A DNA stretch of 64,000 bases, taken from Myxococcota bacterium. Its GTDB lineage: Bacteria; Myxococcota_A; UBA9160; PR03. Of this stretch, positions 7,554-17,420 are shown in pieces; the stretch's first letter is position 1; each line of letters starts with the position of its first letter. The stretch covers positions 1 through 64,000 of the forward strand of contig JBFIML010000004.1 in the NCBI GenBank assembly GCA_041611735.1, in the 5' to 3' direction. Both the position numbers and the translations under genes were made by a program. The notes under the pieces are model-generated. The model was not told where the DNA came from, ran no database searches, and was given only the letters and a program-made list of their open reading frames with translations.

Positions 7554-10400
7554 GTGGCTGGTCTCTCGCGACGCGAGTTCCTCGGGGCCGGTGCGGCGGG
7601 CGCGCTTGCGCTCGGGCTGAACCGCCTCGCCTGGCTGACGCCGCCCGCCGCGCGAGCCGCAGCGGCTCCTGCCTACCTCGGCTGGCAGGACCTGTATCGC
7701 GAGCGCTGGCGCTGGGAACGGGTGGTGCGCGGCACCCACACCAACGCCAACTGCGTCTCGTCCTGCGCCTGGAACCTCTACGTGCGCGGCGGGATCGTCT
7801 GGCGCGAGGAGCAGTCGTCCCCCTATCTGGCGTCGAACCCGGCGCTGCCAGACTGGAACCCGCGCGGCTGCCAGAAGGGCGCAAGCTGCAGCGACCTGGC
7901 CCTCGGGCCCGCGCGGATCCGCCACCCCCTTCGCCGCGTCGGCGCGCGGGGTGAGGGACGCTGGAAGCGGATCTCGTGGGACGAAGCGCTCGAGGAGATC
8001 GCCGGCGCACTGCTGGAGGTCCTCGCGCGGCGCGGAGGGGAAGGGGTCGTCTGCGAGCTGGGACCGAACGTGGACTACGGACCGAACACCGCCGCGGCCC
8101 TGCGCTTCTTCCGCCAGATCGGCGCGCCCCTCACGGACTCGATGGCCCAGATCGGGGATCTGGCGGTGGGGGGCACGATCACCCTGGGCACGCCGCACAC
8201 CGACGGCACCTCCGATGACTGGTTCCGCTCCGACTACCTCGTGCTCTGGGCCTTCAATCCCGCGGCGACGCGGATTCCCGACGCCCACTTCGTCCACGAA
8301 GCGCGCTACCGGGGTGCGCGGGTGGTCTGCGTCGCACCCGACTACAACCAGAGCGCCATGCACACGGACCTCTGGCTGGGAGTCCGGCCCGGGAGCGACG
8401 CCGCGCTGGCGCTGGCCGCCTGCCAGGTGGTGCTGGAGGAAGACCTGCACCACGCCGACTACCTGCGCGAGCAGACGGACCTCCCCTTCCTGGTCCGCAG
8501 CGACGGCCGGCGCCTGCTGCGCGAGTCGGACCTGATCGAGGGGGGCCGCGACGATCGCTTCGCGTTCTGGGACGAGGCGGCCGACGCCCTGGTCTGGGCT
8601 CCGGGCACGGCGGGCAGTACGGAGCGCACCTTGCGGCTGCCCCCGGGCGTGCGTCCGGCGCTGGAGGTACGCCGCACGGTACGCCTGCGCGACGGGAAGC
8701 CGGTGGAGGTGCGCAGCGTCTTCTCCCTGCTGCGCGAGCGGCTCCACGGCGGCTTCCGTCCCGAGCAGGTCGCCGCCCACACCGGCATCGCTCCCGACGT
8801 GATCCGGCGCTTCGCGCGGGAGTTCGCCCGGGCGCGCTCCGCGCTCATCCTCGCCCAGTGGGGAAGCTGCAAGAACTACCACTCGGACCTGATCCAGCGC
8901 GCCCAGATCCTGCTGGCGTCGCTCACCGGGAACCTGGGACGCCCGGGGGGCGGCTGGCGTTCCGGGGCCTTCGTGGTGCTCGACGGGCTCGGAGCGGTGG
9001 CGTTGCAGGACCGGCTCGGCCTGCTCGGCCTGGGCCAGCTCTTCCTCCGCTCGCTCTTCGATCCCGAGGCCGTGCGGAGCGAGTTCGAGTCGATGTACGT
9101 CCCGAGCACGATCTTCCACGCCGTGCACGGGGGCCTGGCCGAGTTCGAGGGCGCCGCGGCCCACGGCGATCCGATGCTGCCCCGGGGCGCCGCGCCCTAC
9201 CTCGAAGCGGCGGTGCGGCGCGGGCACTTTCCGGTGGGGCCCGCGCCCGGGTCGGCCCCGCCCGAGGTGATCTTCTCCTTCTGCGGCAACGTGCTCCGGC
9301 ACACCCGCATGGGAGAGCGGGTGCGCGACACGCTCTTCGCCCGCGCGCGCCTGGTCGTGGACCTGAACTTCCGGATCAGCGAGACCGGCCGCTACGCGGA
9401 CATCCTGCTGCCGGCCGCGGCCTGGTACGAGAAGATCGGCATCAAGTACATCGCCGCCTTCGTCCCCTACGTCACGCTGGCGGACAAGGCCGTCGAGCCG
9501 CTGGGCGAGGCGAAGCCGGAGTGGGAGGTCTTCGCCCGCCTCGCCGCCGCCGTCGCCACCGAAGCCAGGCGGCGCGGGGTCGGCCCGGTGCGCGGCTTCC
9601 GCGGCCAGCCCTGCGAGATCTCCGCGCTCGACGAGCGCTTCAGCGACGGCGGGCGCTTCGGCCCCGATGCCCAGGAGGACGTGATGAGGCTGATCCTGCG
9701 GCTCTCGCAGCCGACCCGCGGCATCAGCCTGGAGGACCTGAGACGCGAGGGCGGAGCGCTGCGGATCCGGAGCCTCGGCAGCCAGGGCGGCACCGCAGGA
9801 ATCTTCTCCGATTACGCGCCGGACGAGCCGGTGGTCCCGCTGCGCGACTTCGTGGAGAAGAAGCAGCCCTATCCGACGCTGAGCGGGCGTCAGCAGTTCT
9901 ACGTGGACCATCCCTGGTTCCTCCAGCTCGGCGAGGAGCTCCCCACCCACAAGGCCCCGCCCGCCGCGGGCGGGGCCCACCCCTTCACGCTGACCGGCGG
10001 ACACACGCGCTGGAGCATCCACTCCATGTGGCGCGATCAGGCGCTGATGCTGCGCCTGCAGCGCGGCGAGCCGGCCGTGTATCTCAACGCGTCGGATGCC
10101 CGGGCGCGTGGGATCAGCGACCACGACCTGGTCCGGGTGCGCAACGATTGCGGGGCGTTCGTGGCCCGGGCCAAGCTCTCGGGGGGAATCCGGCCCGGAC
10201 AGGTGCACATCTTCCACGCCTGGGAGCCCTACCAGTTCCGCACCGGACGGAGCCACCAGTCCCTGGCGCCGAGCCCGTTCAAGGTGACCCAGCTGGTGGG
10301 AGACCACGGGCATCTGCGTTGGGGCTATGCGCACTACGAGCCGAACCAGGTCGATCGCGACACGCGCGTCGACGTGGAGCGGCTCGGGGCCTCCGTCTAG
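7554..10400 (+). CDS. Type II Mo-bisPGD alpha subunit A2, Tat signal
   Basis: SRREFLG plus hydrophobic region; THTNANCVSSC...GCQKG; QIGDLAVG; CKNYHS; GGHTRWSIHS. Confidence 0.93.
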   Translation: MAGLSRREFLGAGAAGALALGLNRLAWLTPPAARAAAAPAYLGWQDLYRERWRWERVVRGTHTNANCVSSCAWNLYVRGGIVWREEQSSPYLASNPALPDWNPRGCQKGASCSDLALGPARIRHPLRRVGARGEGRWKRISWDEALEEIAGALLEVLARRGGEGVVCELGPNVDYGPNTAAALRFFRQIGAPLTDSMAQIGDLAVGGTITLGTPHTDGTSDDWFRSDYLVLWAFNPAATRIPDAHFVHEARYRGARVVCVAPDYNQSAMHTDLWLGVRPGSDAALALAACQVVLEEDLHHADYLREQTDLPFLVRSDGRRLLRESDLIEGGRDDRFAFWDEAADALVWAPGTAGSTERTLRLPPGVRPALEVRRTVRLRDGKPVEVRSVFSLLRERLHGGFRPEQVAAHTGIAPDVIRRFAREFARARSALILAQWGSCKNYHSDLIQRAQILLASLTGNLGRPGGGWRSGAFVVLDGLGAVALQDRLGLLGLGQLFLRSLFDPEAVRSEFESMYVPSTIFHAVHGGLAEFEGAAAHGDPMLPRGAAPYLEAAVRRGHFPVGPAPGSAPPEVIFSFCGNVLRHTRMGERVRDTLFARARLVVDLNFRISETGRYADILLPAAAWYEKIGIKYIAAFVPYVTLADKAVEPLGEAKPEWEVFARLAAAVATEARRRGVGPVRGFRGQPCEISALDERFSDGGRFGPDAQEDVMRLILRLSQPTRGISLEDLRREGGALRIRSLGSQGGTAGIFSDYAPDEPVVPLRDFVEKKQPYPTLSGRQQFYVDHPWFLQLGEELPTHKAPPAAGGAHPFTLTGGHTRWSIHSMWRDQALMLRLQRGEPAVYLNASDARARGISDHDLVRVRNDCGAFVARAKLSGGIRPGQVHIFHAWEPYQFRTGRSHQSLAPSPFKVTQLVGDHGHLRWGYAHYEPNQVDRDTRVDVERLGASV

Positions 10401-10424
10401 GACGGGGCGGCGAAGGGTGGCGGC

Positions 10425-11663
10425 GTGACGGGTCGCGGCAGCGAGCGGGCGGGACTCCGGGAAGGGCTGCCCCTCGTCATCGCGGGGTTCGTGATCTCCT
10501 TCGTGCTGATCGGCGGCGGGGTGAACAGCGTGGGCGTGTTCCTGAACGCCATCGCCCAGGGAACCGAATGGACGCGCTCCGCGCTCTCCCTGGCCGTGGG
10601 CGTGGGCGCCGGGGTGGCGGCGCTCTGCGTGCCCGCGGTGGGTCTCGCCGTGGACCGCGTGGGCGTGCGGGTGCCGATGACCGGCGGACTCGCGCTACTC
10701 GCCGCCGGCTTCTCCATCCTGGTCGGAATGCAGGCCCCCTGGCAGTTCGTGGCGGCGAACGTGCTCCTCGGGGCCGGCTTCGCTGCGTCGGCCTTGTTTC
10801 CGATCACGGTCGCGATCACCCTGCGCATTCGCGAGCGCACGGCCCTGGCCCTGGGCCTCGCCGCGGCCGGCTCGAGCGCGGGCGCCCTGGTGCTGGCGCC
10901 CATGCTGCAGCTCGCCATCGAAGCGCTGGGGTGGCGCACCACCTATCTGGTGCTTGGCGTGGCCGTGGTGGCGACCCCGCTCCCGTTGCTCGCCTTCGCG
11001 CTGCCGCGCGGACGCCTGATGGGCCCGGCCGCCGTGAAAGCCCGCGGTGCCGCCCCTCTAGCCGGGTCCGGCCCGCTCGAGTGGCTCCAGCCGGGCGTCG
11101 CGACGCTCGCGGCCCTGCTGGTGCTCCCGAACCTGGCGACCTTCGCCGTCTCGGTCCACCTCGTGCCGTACCTGACGGGAATCGGCCTGTCGGGACGCAC
11201 CGCGGCGCTGGCGCTGGGGACGACGGTGGGCATCTCGGCCCTGGGCAAGATCCTGGGCGGCGCAGCGGGCGACCGCCTGGGCCTGCGAGCCACGCTCCAG
11301 GGGGCATTGCTGCTGGGCTTCGTCTCCCTGGGGCTGCTGGCCTGGGCCAGCGAGCCGCGCGCACTGGTCGGGTTCGTGGCGCTCTACGGCCTGGCCCTCG
11401 GCACCTACGTCGCCGTGATCCCGCCGCTCGCGCGCGACGTGCTCGGCGCGGAGCGTTTCGGCGCTCGCTACGGAACGCTCCAGCTCGGCGGCATGCTCGC
11501 GGCCGCCGCGGGCCCCGTACTGGCAGGAGCCTGCTTCGATGCCACCGGCCGCTATCGGGAGGCGATCGGGCTCTGGCAGGGGGCCCTGGCGGCCGCCCTC
11601 GCGGTGTCGCTGCGGCTGCGCGCCGTGGCCGCACCCCAGGAGCCGCAGGTCGCAGCGCCATGA
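10425..11663 (+). CDS. MFS transporter
   Basis: About 12 hydrophobic segments; GLAVDRVGVR and GAAGDRLGLR motif-A loops. Confidence 0.88.
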   Translation: MTGRGSERAGLREGLPLVIAGFVISFVLIGGGVNSVGVFLNAIAQGTEWTRSALSLAVGVGAGVAALCVPAVGLAVDRVGVRVPMTGGLALLAAGFSILVGMQAPWQFVAANVLLGAGFAASALFPITVAITLRIRERTALALGLAAAGSSAGALVLAPMLQLAIEALGWRTTYLVLGVAVVATPLPLLAFALPRGRLMGPAAVKARGAAPLAGSGPLEWLQPGVATLAALLVLPNLATFAVSVHLVPYLTGIGLSGRTAALALGTTVGISALGKILGGAAGDRLGLRATLQGALLLGFVSLGLLAWASEPRALVGFVALYGLALGTYVAVIPPLARDVLGAERFGARYGTLQLGGMLAAAAGPVLAGACFDATGRYREAIGLWQGALAAALAVSLRLRAVAAPQEPQVAAP

Positions 11664-14518
11664 GCGGGCTCACCCGGCGCGAGCTCCTGATCGGCGGAGC
11701 GGCGGGCTGCGCCTCGCTCTCGCTGTCCCGCCTGCTGCCGCGGCCGGCTGCCACCTCGACCGGGGGAGGACCGGCTGAGGCCCGCCTCCGCTACCACGGG
11801 GTCGCGGATCTCTACCGCCGGGCCTGGCGCTGGGACCGCGTCGTGCGCGGCACCCACCTGCGGGCCAACTGCTTCAGCGCCTGCGCGTTCGACCTCTACG
11901 TGAAGGACGGCGTGGTGTGGCGCGAGGAGCAGAGCGACGTCTACGCGCGCTCGGTCCCGCAGCTGCCCGACTTCGCCCCGCGCGGCTGCCAGAAGGGAGC
12001 CTGTTACAGCGACGCGATGCTGGGTCCGGATCGGCTCACGCATCCCCTCGAGCGCGTCGGGCCGCGCGGCTCGGGCCGCTGGCGGCGCATCTCCTGGGAG
12101 CGGGCGCTGACCCGTCTCGCCGACGCGATCCTCGACGCCATCGAGCAGGGGGGAGCCGAGACCGTCGTCTTCGACAACGGCACCTCCAACGTGGACGACG
12201 GTCCGAGCAGCCTGGGGGAGATGCGCCTCTTCTCGCTGCTGGGCGCCACCCTGCTCGACGGTTTCGGGGGCACCGGCGACCTGGCCATGGGGGCGGTCCA
12301 GACCTGGGGCACCTCCTTCGTGGACGGGAGCGCGGACGACTGGACCCGGGCCGACACCCTGATCTTCTGGCACTGCAACCCCGTCGCAACCCGGATTCCC
12401 GACGCCCACTTCGCCAGCGAGGCGCGCTACCGGGGTGCCAGCGTGATCACGATCGCGCCGGACTACTCGCCGAGCGCGATCCACGCCTCGCTCTGGATCA
12501 ACCCGCGCCCGGGAACCGACGCTGCGCTGGCCCTCGGACTCGCGCGGGCGCTGCTCGAGCGCGGCGTCCTAGACGAGGCCTACCTGCGCGAGCAGACCGA
12601 TCTCCCCTTCCTCGTGCGCGAGGACGACGGACGCTTCCTGCGCGAATCCGACCGCAAGAAGAAGGGCCGGGACGACACCTTCTACGTCTACGATCTCGCC
12701 TCGTCCCGGATCGTCGAGGCCCCAGGCACGGCGGGGCAGCGCAGCGACTCGATCGCCCTCGGCGCGCTGCGGCCGGCACTCGCGGGCCGCTACGAGGTCC
12801 GCACGCTGCGAGGAAACGTGACCGTCCGCCCGGTCCTGGAGCGGCTGCGCGAGCGCCTGGCGCCGTACACGCCGGAGCACGTAACCAGGATCACCGGGGT
12901 GGGGCCGAGCGTGCAGGCAGCGCTGACCGACCACCTCGCGCAATCCGGACGCACGCTGATCTACGCCTCGTGGGGCTCCAACAAGGGCTACCACGCCGAC
13001 CTGCTGCAACGCTCCCTGATCCTGCTCTCGGCACTGCGAGGCCAGCACGGCCGCGCCGGGAGCGGAGTGCGATTCGCCGCCTGGCTGCCGCTCGAGGGGG
13101 CCAATGCGCTGCTGCCCGGGTCACAGCCCTCCCGGCTGCAACGGCTGCTGCTGCGCTTCTACACGCCGCCACCGCGCCTGGTGGAGAACGCCATCGCCGA
13201 GGCGTCGCGGCGGGCGCTCACCTGGACGCCCTCGCACCTCTTCCTCTACGTCCACGGCGGGCTCGACCGGCTCCAGGACGCGGACGCCCAGGATCCCGCG
13301 CTGCCGCGACCCGCCCGCGACTACATGCGCGAGGCCCTGGAGCGCGGCTGGGCTCCGGTGCGTCCGCGCCCCGACCGCTCGCCGCAAGTGCTGGTGACCT
13401 CGGGCGTGAATCCCCTGCGCCGCTGGCCCGTTCCCCAGCAGGTCGAACGGGTGTTGTGGCCCAAGCTGCGTCTCGTCGCGGCGCTCGACTTCCGGCTCTC
13501 CACCACCGGCGCGAAGGCCGATCTCCTGCTCCCCGCGGCCGGCTACTACGAGAAGTGCGGCATCAAGTACGCGCTCGCCCTGGTCCCCTACGTGGTCGTG
13601 GGAGAGCGGGCGGTCGCACCCGTGGGCGAAGCGAAGGGGGAGTGGGAGGTGATGGCGCTGCTTGCGCGCCGGATCCAGGAGCGTGCCCGGGAGCGGGGTC
13701 TGGACGGCGCCGCGGCGCACCTCTACGAACGCTTCAGCGAGGGAGGGCGCTGGGGGCCGGGAGACGACGAGGCGCTGCTCGACCGCATCCTTCGCTCCTC
13801 GTCCGCGACGGGAGGCGTCGGCTGGGACGAGGCGCGCCGGGCCGGCGCGATTCCGCTGCGCTCGGCGGGGGGCTGGGGCACGACGAGCGGCATCGGAAGC
13901 GAGATCGAGCCGGGAGGAACCCTGAGCCCGTCTCGCATCCACGTGGAGGAGCGCCGCGCCTGGCCGACCCTCACCGGGCGCCAGCAGTTCTACCTCGACC
14001 ACCCCTGGTTTGCCGAAGCGGACGAGGCGTTGCCGCGCTGGAAGCCGCCGCCGCGTCCCGGGGGCGCCCATCCCCTGCTGCTCACGGGAGGCCACACGCG
14101 CTGGAGCATCCATGCGATCTGGCGCGCACACCCGGCGCTGCTGCGGCTTCAGCGCGGCGGGCCGGTCATGTGGGTATCCGTGGAGGACGCCCGTGCGCGG
14201 GGAATCGGAGACGGGGACCGGGTGCGCGTCTTCAACGATCACGGCGCGTTCCGGGTCCAGGTCAAGACCTCGGCCGCCGTGGCCCCCGGCGAGGTGATCC
14301 TCTATCACGCGTGGGAGCCGTACCAGTTTCCCGGCTGGCAGGGAGAGATGGAGCTCGTGTCCTCGCCCTACAAGCCACTCCACCTGGTCGGGGACTACGG
14401 ACACCTGCGCTACCGGGTGTTCCAGGCCGGGCCCGTCCATGTACCCCGGGGCGTCCCCGTCGAGATGGAGCGCGACGCGGGTGCCGCCGAGCTTGCCGGC
14501 GCCGGGAGCCATTCGTGA
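11660..14518 (+). CDS. Type II Mo-bisPGD alpha subunit A3, Tat signal
   Basis: ATGA overlap with the MFS stop; LTRRELL; THLRANCFSAC...GCQKG; GTGDLAMG; GGHTRWSIHA. This is the real part of the 8858..14518 track ORF. Confidence 0.92.
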   Translation: MSGLTRRELLIGGAAGCASLSLSRLLPRPAATSTGGGPAEARLRYHGVADLYRRAWRWDRVVRGTHLRANCFSACAFDLYVKDGVVWREEQSDVYARSVPQLPDFAPRGCQKGACYSDAMLGPDRLTHPLERVGPRGSGRWRRISWERALTRLADAILDAIEQGGAETVVFDNGTSNVDDGPSSLGEMRLFSLLGATLLDGFGGTGDLAMGAVQTWGTSFVDGSADDWTRADTLIFWHCNPVATRIPDAHFASEARYRGASVITIAPDYSPSAIHASLWINPRPGTDAALALGLARALLERGVLDEAYLREQTDLPFLVREDDGRFLRESDRKKKGRDDTFYVYDLASSRIVEAPGTAGQRSDSIALGALRPALAGRYEVRTLRGNVTVRPVLERLRERLAPYTPEHVTRITGVGPSVQAALTDHLAQSGRTLIYASWGSNKGYHADLLQRSLILLSALRGQHGRAGSGVRFAAWLPLEGANALLPGSQPSRLQRLLLRFYTPPPRLVENAIAEASRRALTWTPSHLFLYVHGGLDRLQDADAQDPALPRPARDYMREALERGWAPVRPRPDRSPQVLVTSGVNPLRRWPVPQQVERVLWPKLRLVAALDFRLSTTGAKADLLLPAAGYYEKCGIKYALALVPYVVVGERAVAPVGEAKGEWEVMALLARRIQERARERGLDGAAAHLYERFSEGGRWGPGDDEALLDRILRSSSATGGVGWDEARRAGAIPLRSAGGWGTTSGIGSEIEPGGTLSPSRIHVEERRAWPTLTGRQQFYLDHPWFAEADEALPRWKPPPRPGGAHPLLLTGGHTRWSIHAIWRAHPALLRLQRGGPVMWVSVEDARARGIGDGDRVRVFNDHGAFRVQVKTSAAVAPGEVILYHAWEPYQFPGWQGEMELVSSPYKPLHLVGDYGHLRYRVFQAGPVHVPRGVPVEMERDAGAAELAGAGSHS

Positions 14519-15576
14519 ACGACGAGCTGGCGCGACGCCTGGAACGCTTCTTGGCCCATCGGATCCCCGAGGTCCGCTGCCTGCGGGTGGTGGCTCTCGA
14601 GTCGCCGAGCGAAGGCTTCTCCCAGGAGACCTTCTGCTTCGAGGTGGAGACCGAGCGGGACGGAGAACGCCACCGGCGCGGGTACGTGGCCAAGCGCGAG
14701 CCGGTGGCCGGCCTGCTCGAGCCCTACGACCTGGAGCCCGAGTTCCGCGTGCTGCACGCCCTCTGCGACGTCCCGTGTGTGCCGGCGGCCCACTGGTTCG
14801 AAGCCGACGGCGCCGTGCTGGAGCGGCCCTTCTACGTGATGGACCGCCTCGAGGGGGAGGTCCCGATTCCCGCCGCGGGTCCGGGGGGCGCGGGACCCTT
14901 CAGTGAGGCGGAGCGCAAGGCGCTCGGTCCCCAGGTGATCGAGACGTTGACCCGCCTCCACGCCATCGATTGGCGCTCGCGCGGCTTCGGCTTCCTGGAC
15001 CCGCCAGCCCCCGGCCGCGAGGCGGCCCAGCGCGAACTCGAGCGCTGGACGCGGAGGATCGTGCAGAGCCGCCTGCCGGCCGGGCCCGTGGTGCGCGAGG
15101 CGCTGCTATGGCTGCACCGCAACGTTCCCTGCAGCCCCGAGGTGACCCTCGTACACGGCGACTTCCGGCTCGGGAACTGGCTGGTGGTGCGTGAGGGCGG
15201 AGGGGCGCGCCTCACCGGCGTGCTCGACTGGGAGATGGTGCACCTCGGCGATCCGTTCGAGGACGTGGCCTGGTGCATCTCTCCCATGTGGCGCGCGGGC
15301 ACGCCGTACGCGGCGGCCCTGCTGCCAGACACGGAGTTCCTGGAGTGCTACGGCCGCGTAGCCAGGCGCGCCCTCGACCCGGCCCGGCTGCACTTCTACG
15401 CGGTGCTCTCGGTGGTCAAGATGATCGCGATCGAGCTGACCGGACTGCGCACCTTCCTCGACCAGCGCACCCGCGACCTCCGCATGGCGATCTTCGAGCA
15501 CCAGATCCCGTTCCTGGAGGCGCTGCTGGCCGCCTTGCGCGGCTGGCTCGCGCCCGATCGCCCCGGAGGAGTCTGA
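14515..15576 (+). CDS. APH-family phosphotransferase (LvaA/ACAD10-11 kinase-domain-like)
   Basis: GTGA overlap; EFRVL, PFYVMD, LVHGDFRLGN, LDWEMVHLGDPFEDVAW. Confidence 0.88.
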   Translation: MNDELARRLERFLAHRIPEVRCLRVVALESPSEGFSQETFCFEVETERDGERHRRGYVAKREPVAGLLEPYDLEPEFRVLHALCDVPCVPAAHWFEADGAVLERPFYVMDRLEGEVPIPAAGPGGAGPFSEAERKALGPQVIETLTRLHAIDWRSRGFGFLDPPAPGREAAQRELERWTRRIVQSRLPAGPVVREALLWLHRNVPCSPEVTLVHGDFRLGNWLVVREGGGARLTGVLDWEMVHLGDPFEDVAWCISPMWRAGTPYAAALLPDTEFLECYGRVARRALDPARLHFYAVLSVVKMIAIELTGLRTFLDQRTRDLRMAIFEHQIPFLEALLAALRGWLAPDRPGGV

Positions 15577-16043
15577 TGCGCATCCCGGTCCCGACCTTGA
15601 TCGACGGCGTCGAGCGAGCCCTGCTGGAGGCCGTGCTGCCCGAGCTGCGGTCGCGGAGCGCCCGCGGACAGCTCTACGCCGCCGTGGACGTGCTGCGCAA
15701 CCTGCGCGACCGGATCGCGCCCCGGCCGGAGCTCCTCGAGGCGGAGGCCGTGTCGCTCGCGCGGTCGCTCGAGCTCTGCGCGGAACAGCTCCAGGAGGTG
15801 GGCGCCGCGGAAGCAGCCAGCCAGCTGCGCAGCCGTCTCGGCACGGCCGGGAGCGGACCGGCGCTGGAGCGCCTGACGGCGCTGCGCGAGAGCTTCGAGC
15901 TGGCGCTCACGCTCGTGGACGCTCTACCCGAGGCGGCGGCCTCCCCCGCGCAGGCCGCGCTCGGCGAGCACCTGGCGAGCCAGGCCCTGCGCTCGGTCAG
16001 CGTCCTCAAACCTTCGCTGCTGGGAGAGATCTCGCGGGGCTGA
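15576..16043 (+). CDS. Small helical protein coupled to the phosphotransferase (possible LvaB-like partner)
   Basis: TGATG overlap with GGAGGAG RBS; 155 aa, helical, VLPELRSRSARGQLYAAVDVLRNL. Confidence 0.7.
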   Translation: MRIPVPTLIDGVERALLEAVLPELRSRSARGQLYAAVDVLRNLRDRIAPRPELLEAEAVSLARSLELCAEQLQEVGAAEAASQLRSRLGTAGSGPALERLTALRESFELALTLVDALPEAAASPAQAALGEHLASQALRSVSVLKPSLLGEISRG

Positions 16044-16060
16044 GCCCGGCAGGGGGCCGG

Positions 16061-16076
16061 CAGGATGGGCGTCATG
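16061..16076 (+). promoter_or_regulatory. Possible degenerate sixth site CAGGAT-gggc-GTCATG upstream of mobB
   Basis: Three mismatches to consensus; similar distance to the start codon as other sites and the same downstream ccgg, but no matching -10. Confidence 0.25.
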
Positions 16077-16128
16077 CCGGCTTGCCTGGGATCCGAGCCC
16101 GCTTGCCGGGATCGGGAAGGAGTCCGCG

Positions 16129-16659
16129 GTGCACGAAGCGCAGCCAGTGGTGGTCGGAGTGGTGGGCGAGTCGGGGAGCGGCAAGACCACGCTCCTCGAA
16201 CGGCTCGTTCCGCTGCTGGCCGGCCGCGGGCTCGCGGTCGCCGCGGTGAAGCACGCCTCCCACGGCTTCCAGGCGGACCGCCCCGGCAAGGACTCCCATC
16301 GGCTCTATCGGGCCGGGGCACGTGCCGTCGTGCTGGCCTCGCGCACCGAGCTCGCGGTGTTCGCGCGGCATCCCACCGGGGCGGAGGAGCTGCGCCTCGC
16401 CGACGCCCTGGCCGCCCTGCCGGGACGGGCGGACGTGGTGCTGGTGGAGGGCTTCTCCTGGGAGGCGATCCCGCGCATCGTCGTGCTCCGGGACCGCGAG
16501 CAGCCGGCTCCGCAGCACCTGACGGGCGGGGAGGTGCTCGGGATCGTGCGCGCCCCGGCTCCCGCGGTCGGCCGCAAGCCGGCCTTCGCCCGGGCGCAGC
16601 TCGCCTCGTTGGTGGAGAGGATCTCGGATCTCGCCGGGCGGTCGGCCCGCTCGGCCTGA
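16129..16659 (+). CDS. mobB: Molybdopterin-guanine dinucleotide biosynthesis protein B
   Basis: GESGSGKTT P-loop, VKHASH, DRPGKDS, VLVEGF; AAGGAG RBS. Confidence 0.88.
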   Translation: MHEAQPVVVGVVGESGSGKTTLLERLVPLLAGRGLAVAAVKHASHGFQADRPGKDSHRLYRAGARAVVLASRTELAVFARHPTGAEELRLADALAALPGRADVVLVEGFSWEAIPRIVVLRDREQPAPQHLTGGEVLGIVRAPAPAVGRKPAFARAQLASLVERISDLAGRSARSA

Positions 16660-16677
16660 GCCGTCCGCCGCACCGCG

Positions 16678-16693
16678 CATGACGCCGGTCATA
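16678..16693 (+). promoter_or_regulatory. Palindrome CATGAC-gccg-GTCATA upstream of the gamma-beta-A4-A5-delta-ADH operon
   Basis: One mismatch to consensus; AACGCT 22 nt downstream. Confidence 0.68.
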
Positions 16694-16746
16694 CCGGGCC
16701 GGCTCGCACCTGGGGAACGCTCCCTGCAGCGCAAGGAGGGTTCGCC

Positions 16747-17418
16747 ATGCAGGCTCGCCACGTCGCCGGCGCCGACCTGGAGGCGCTGCTCGATCCGGCC
16801 GGGCGGCCCTGGCGCGGCGTGCGCTCCGAACGGCTCGCCCTGGTCGGGACCCCAGCGGGCATGCAGCCGAGCGCGGCGATCCGCGTGGCCTGGACGGGAA
16901 AGCGGATCGGAGCCGTGGACCGCGTCGCCGTCTCGAGCCTCCACAACGGTGAGGTCCTCGCCTTCCGGCTCGAGTGGCAGGACGCCACCGAGGATCGCGC
17001 CCTCATCGACACCAACTCCTTCCCGGACGCGGCGGCGGTGGCTCTGCCCGCGGCGCCCGAGGCGCCGCTGGTCACCATGGGAGCGCCGGGTGCTGCGGTG
17101 AACGCCTGGTACTGGCGCGCCGACGAGGACGGCCGCGGACGGCACGTCGTGGCCGAGGGCCTGGGAACCTCGCGCACCCTCGATCTCGAGCGGGTGCGCG
17201 GGCGCGGAGTGTGGAAGGAGGGACGCTGGCGCGTCGTCGTCGCCCGGCCGCTGCGCGTGGCCACCTCGGAGCCGGTGGTCCAGCTCGAGCCCGGCAAGAC
17301 CACGCGCTTCGCGGTGGCGGTCTGGGACGGACGGAGCGGCGAGCGCGCCGGGATCAAGGCCTTCTCGGCGGGATGGCGCGAGCTTCGCCTCGAGCCCGTG
17401 GCCAGGGCCGGGAGGTAG
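16747..17418 (+). CDS. Heme b gamma subunit (EbdC-like)
   Basis: FRLEWQD, FPDAAAV, VTMG (Met ligand), AVWDG...ERAGIK (Lys ligand); AAGGAGG RBS; no signal peptide. Confidence 0.88.
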   Translation: MQARHVAGADLEALLDPAGRPWRGVRSERLALVGTPAGMQPSAAIRVAWTGKRIGAVDRVAVSSLHNGEVLAFRLEWQDATEDRALIDTNSFPDAAAVALPAAPEAPLVTMGAPGAAVNAWYWRADEDGRGRHVVAEGLGTSRTLDLERVRGRGVWKEGRWRVVVARPLRVATSEPVVQLEPGKTTRFAVAVWDGRSGERAGIKAFSAGWRELRLEPVARAGR

Positions 17419-17420
17419 CC

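Noticed and set aside
14515-15576. Aminoglycoside resistance gene
   Set aside because: The motif context (DWEMVHLGDP.ED) and neighbourhood fit metabolic ACAD10/LvaA-like kinases
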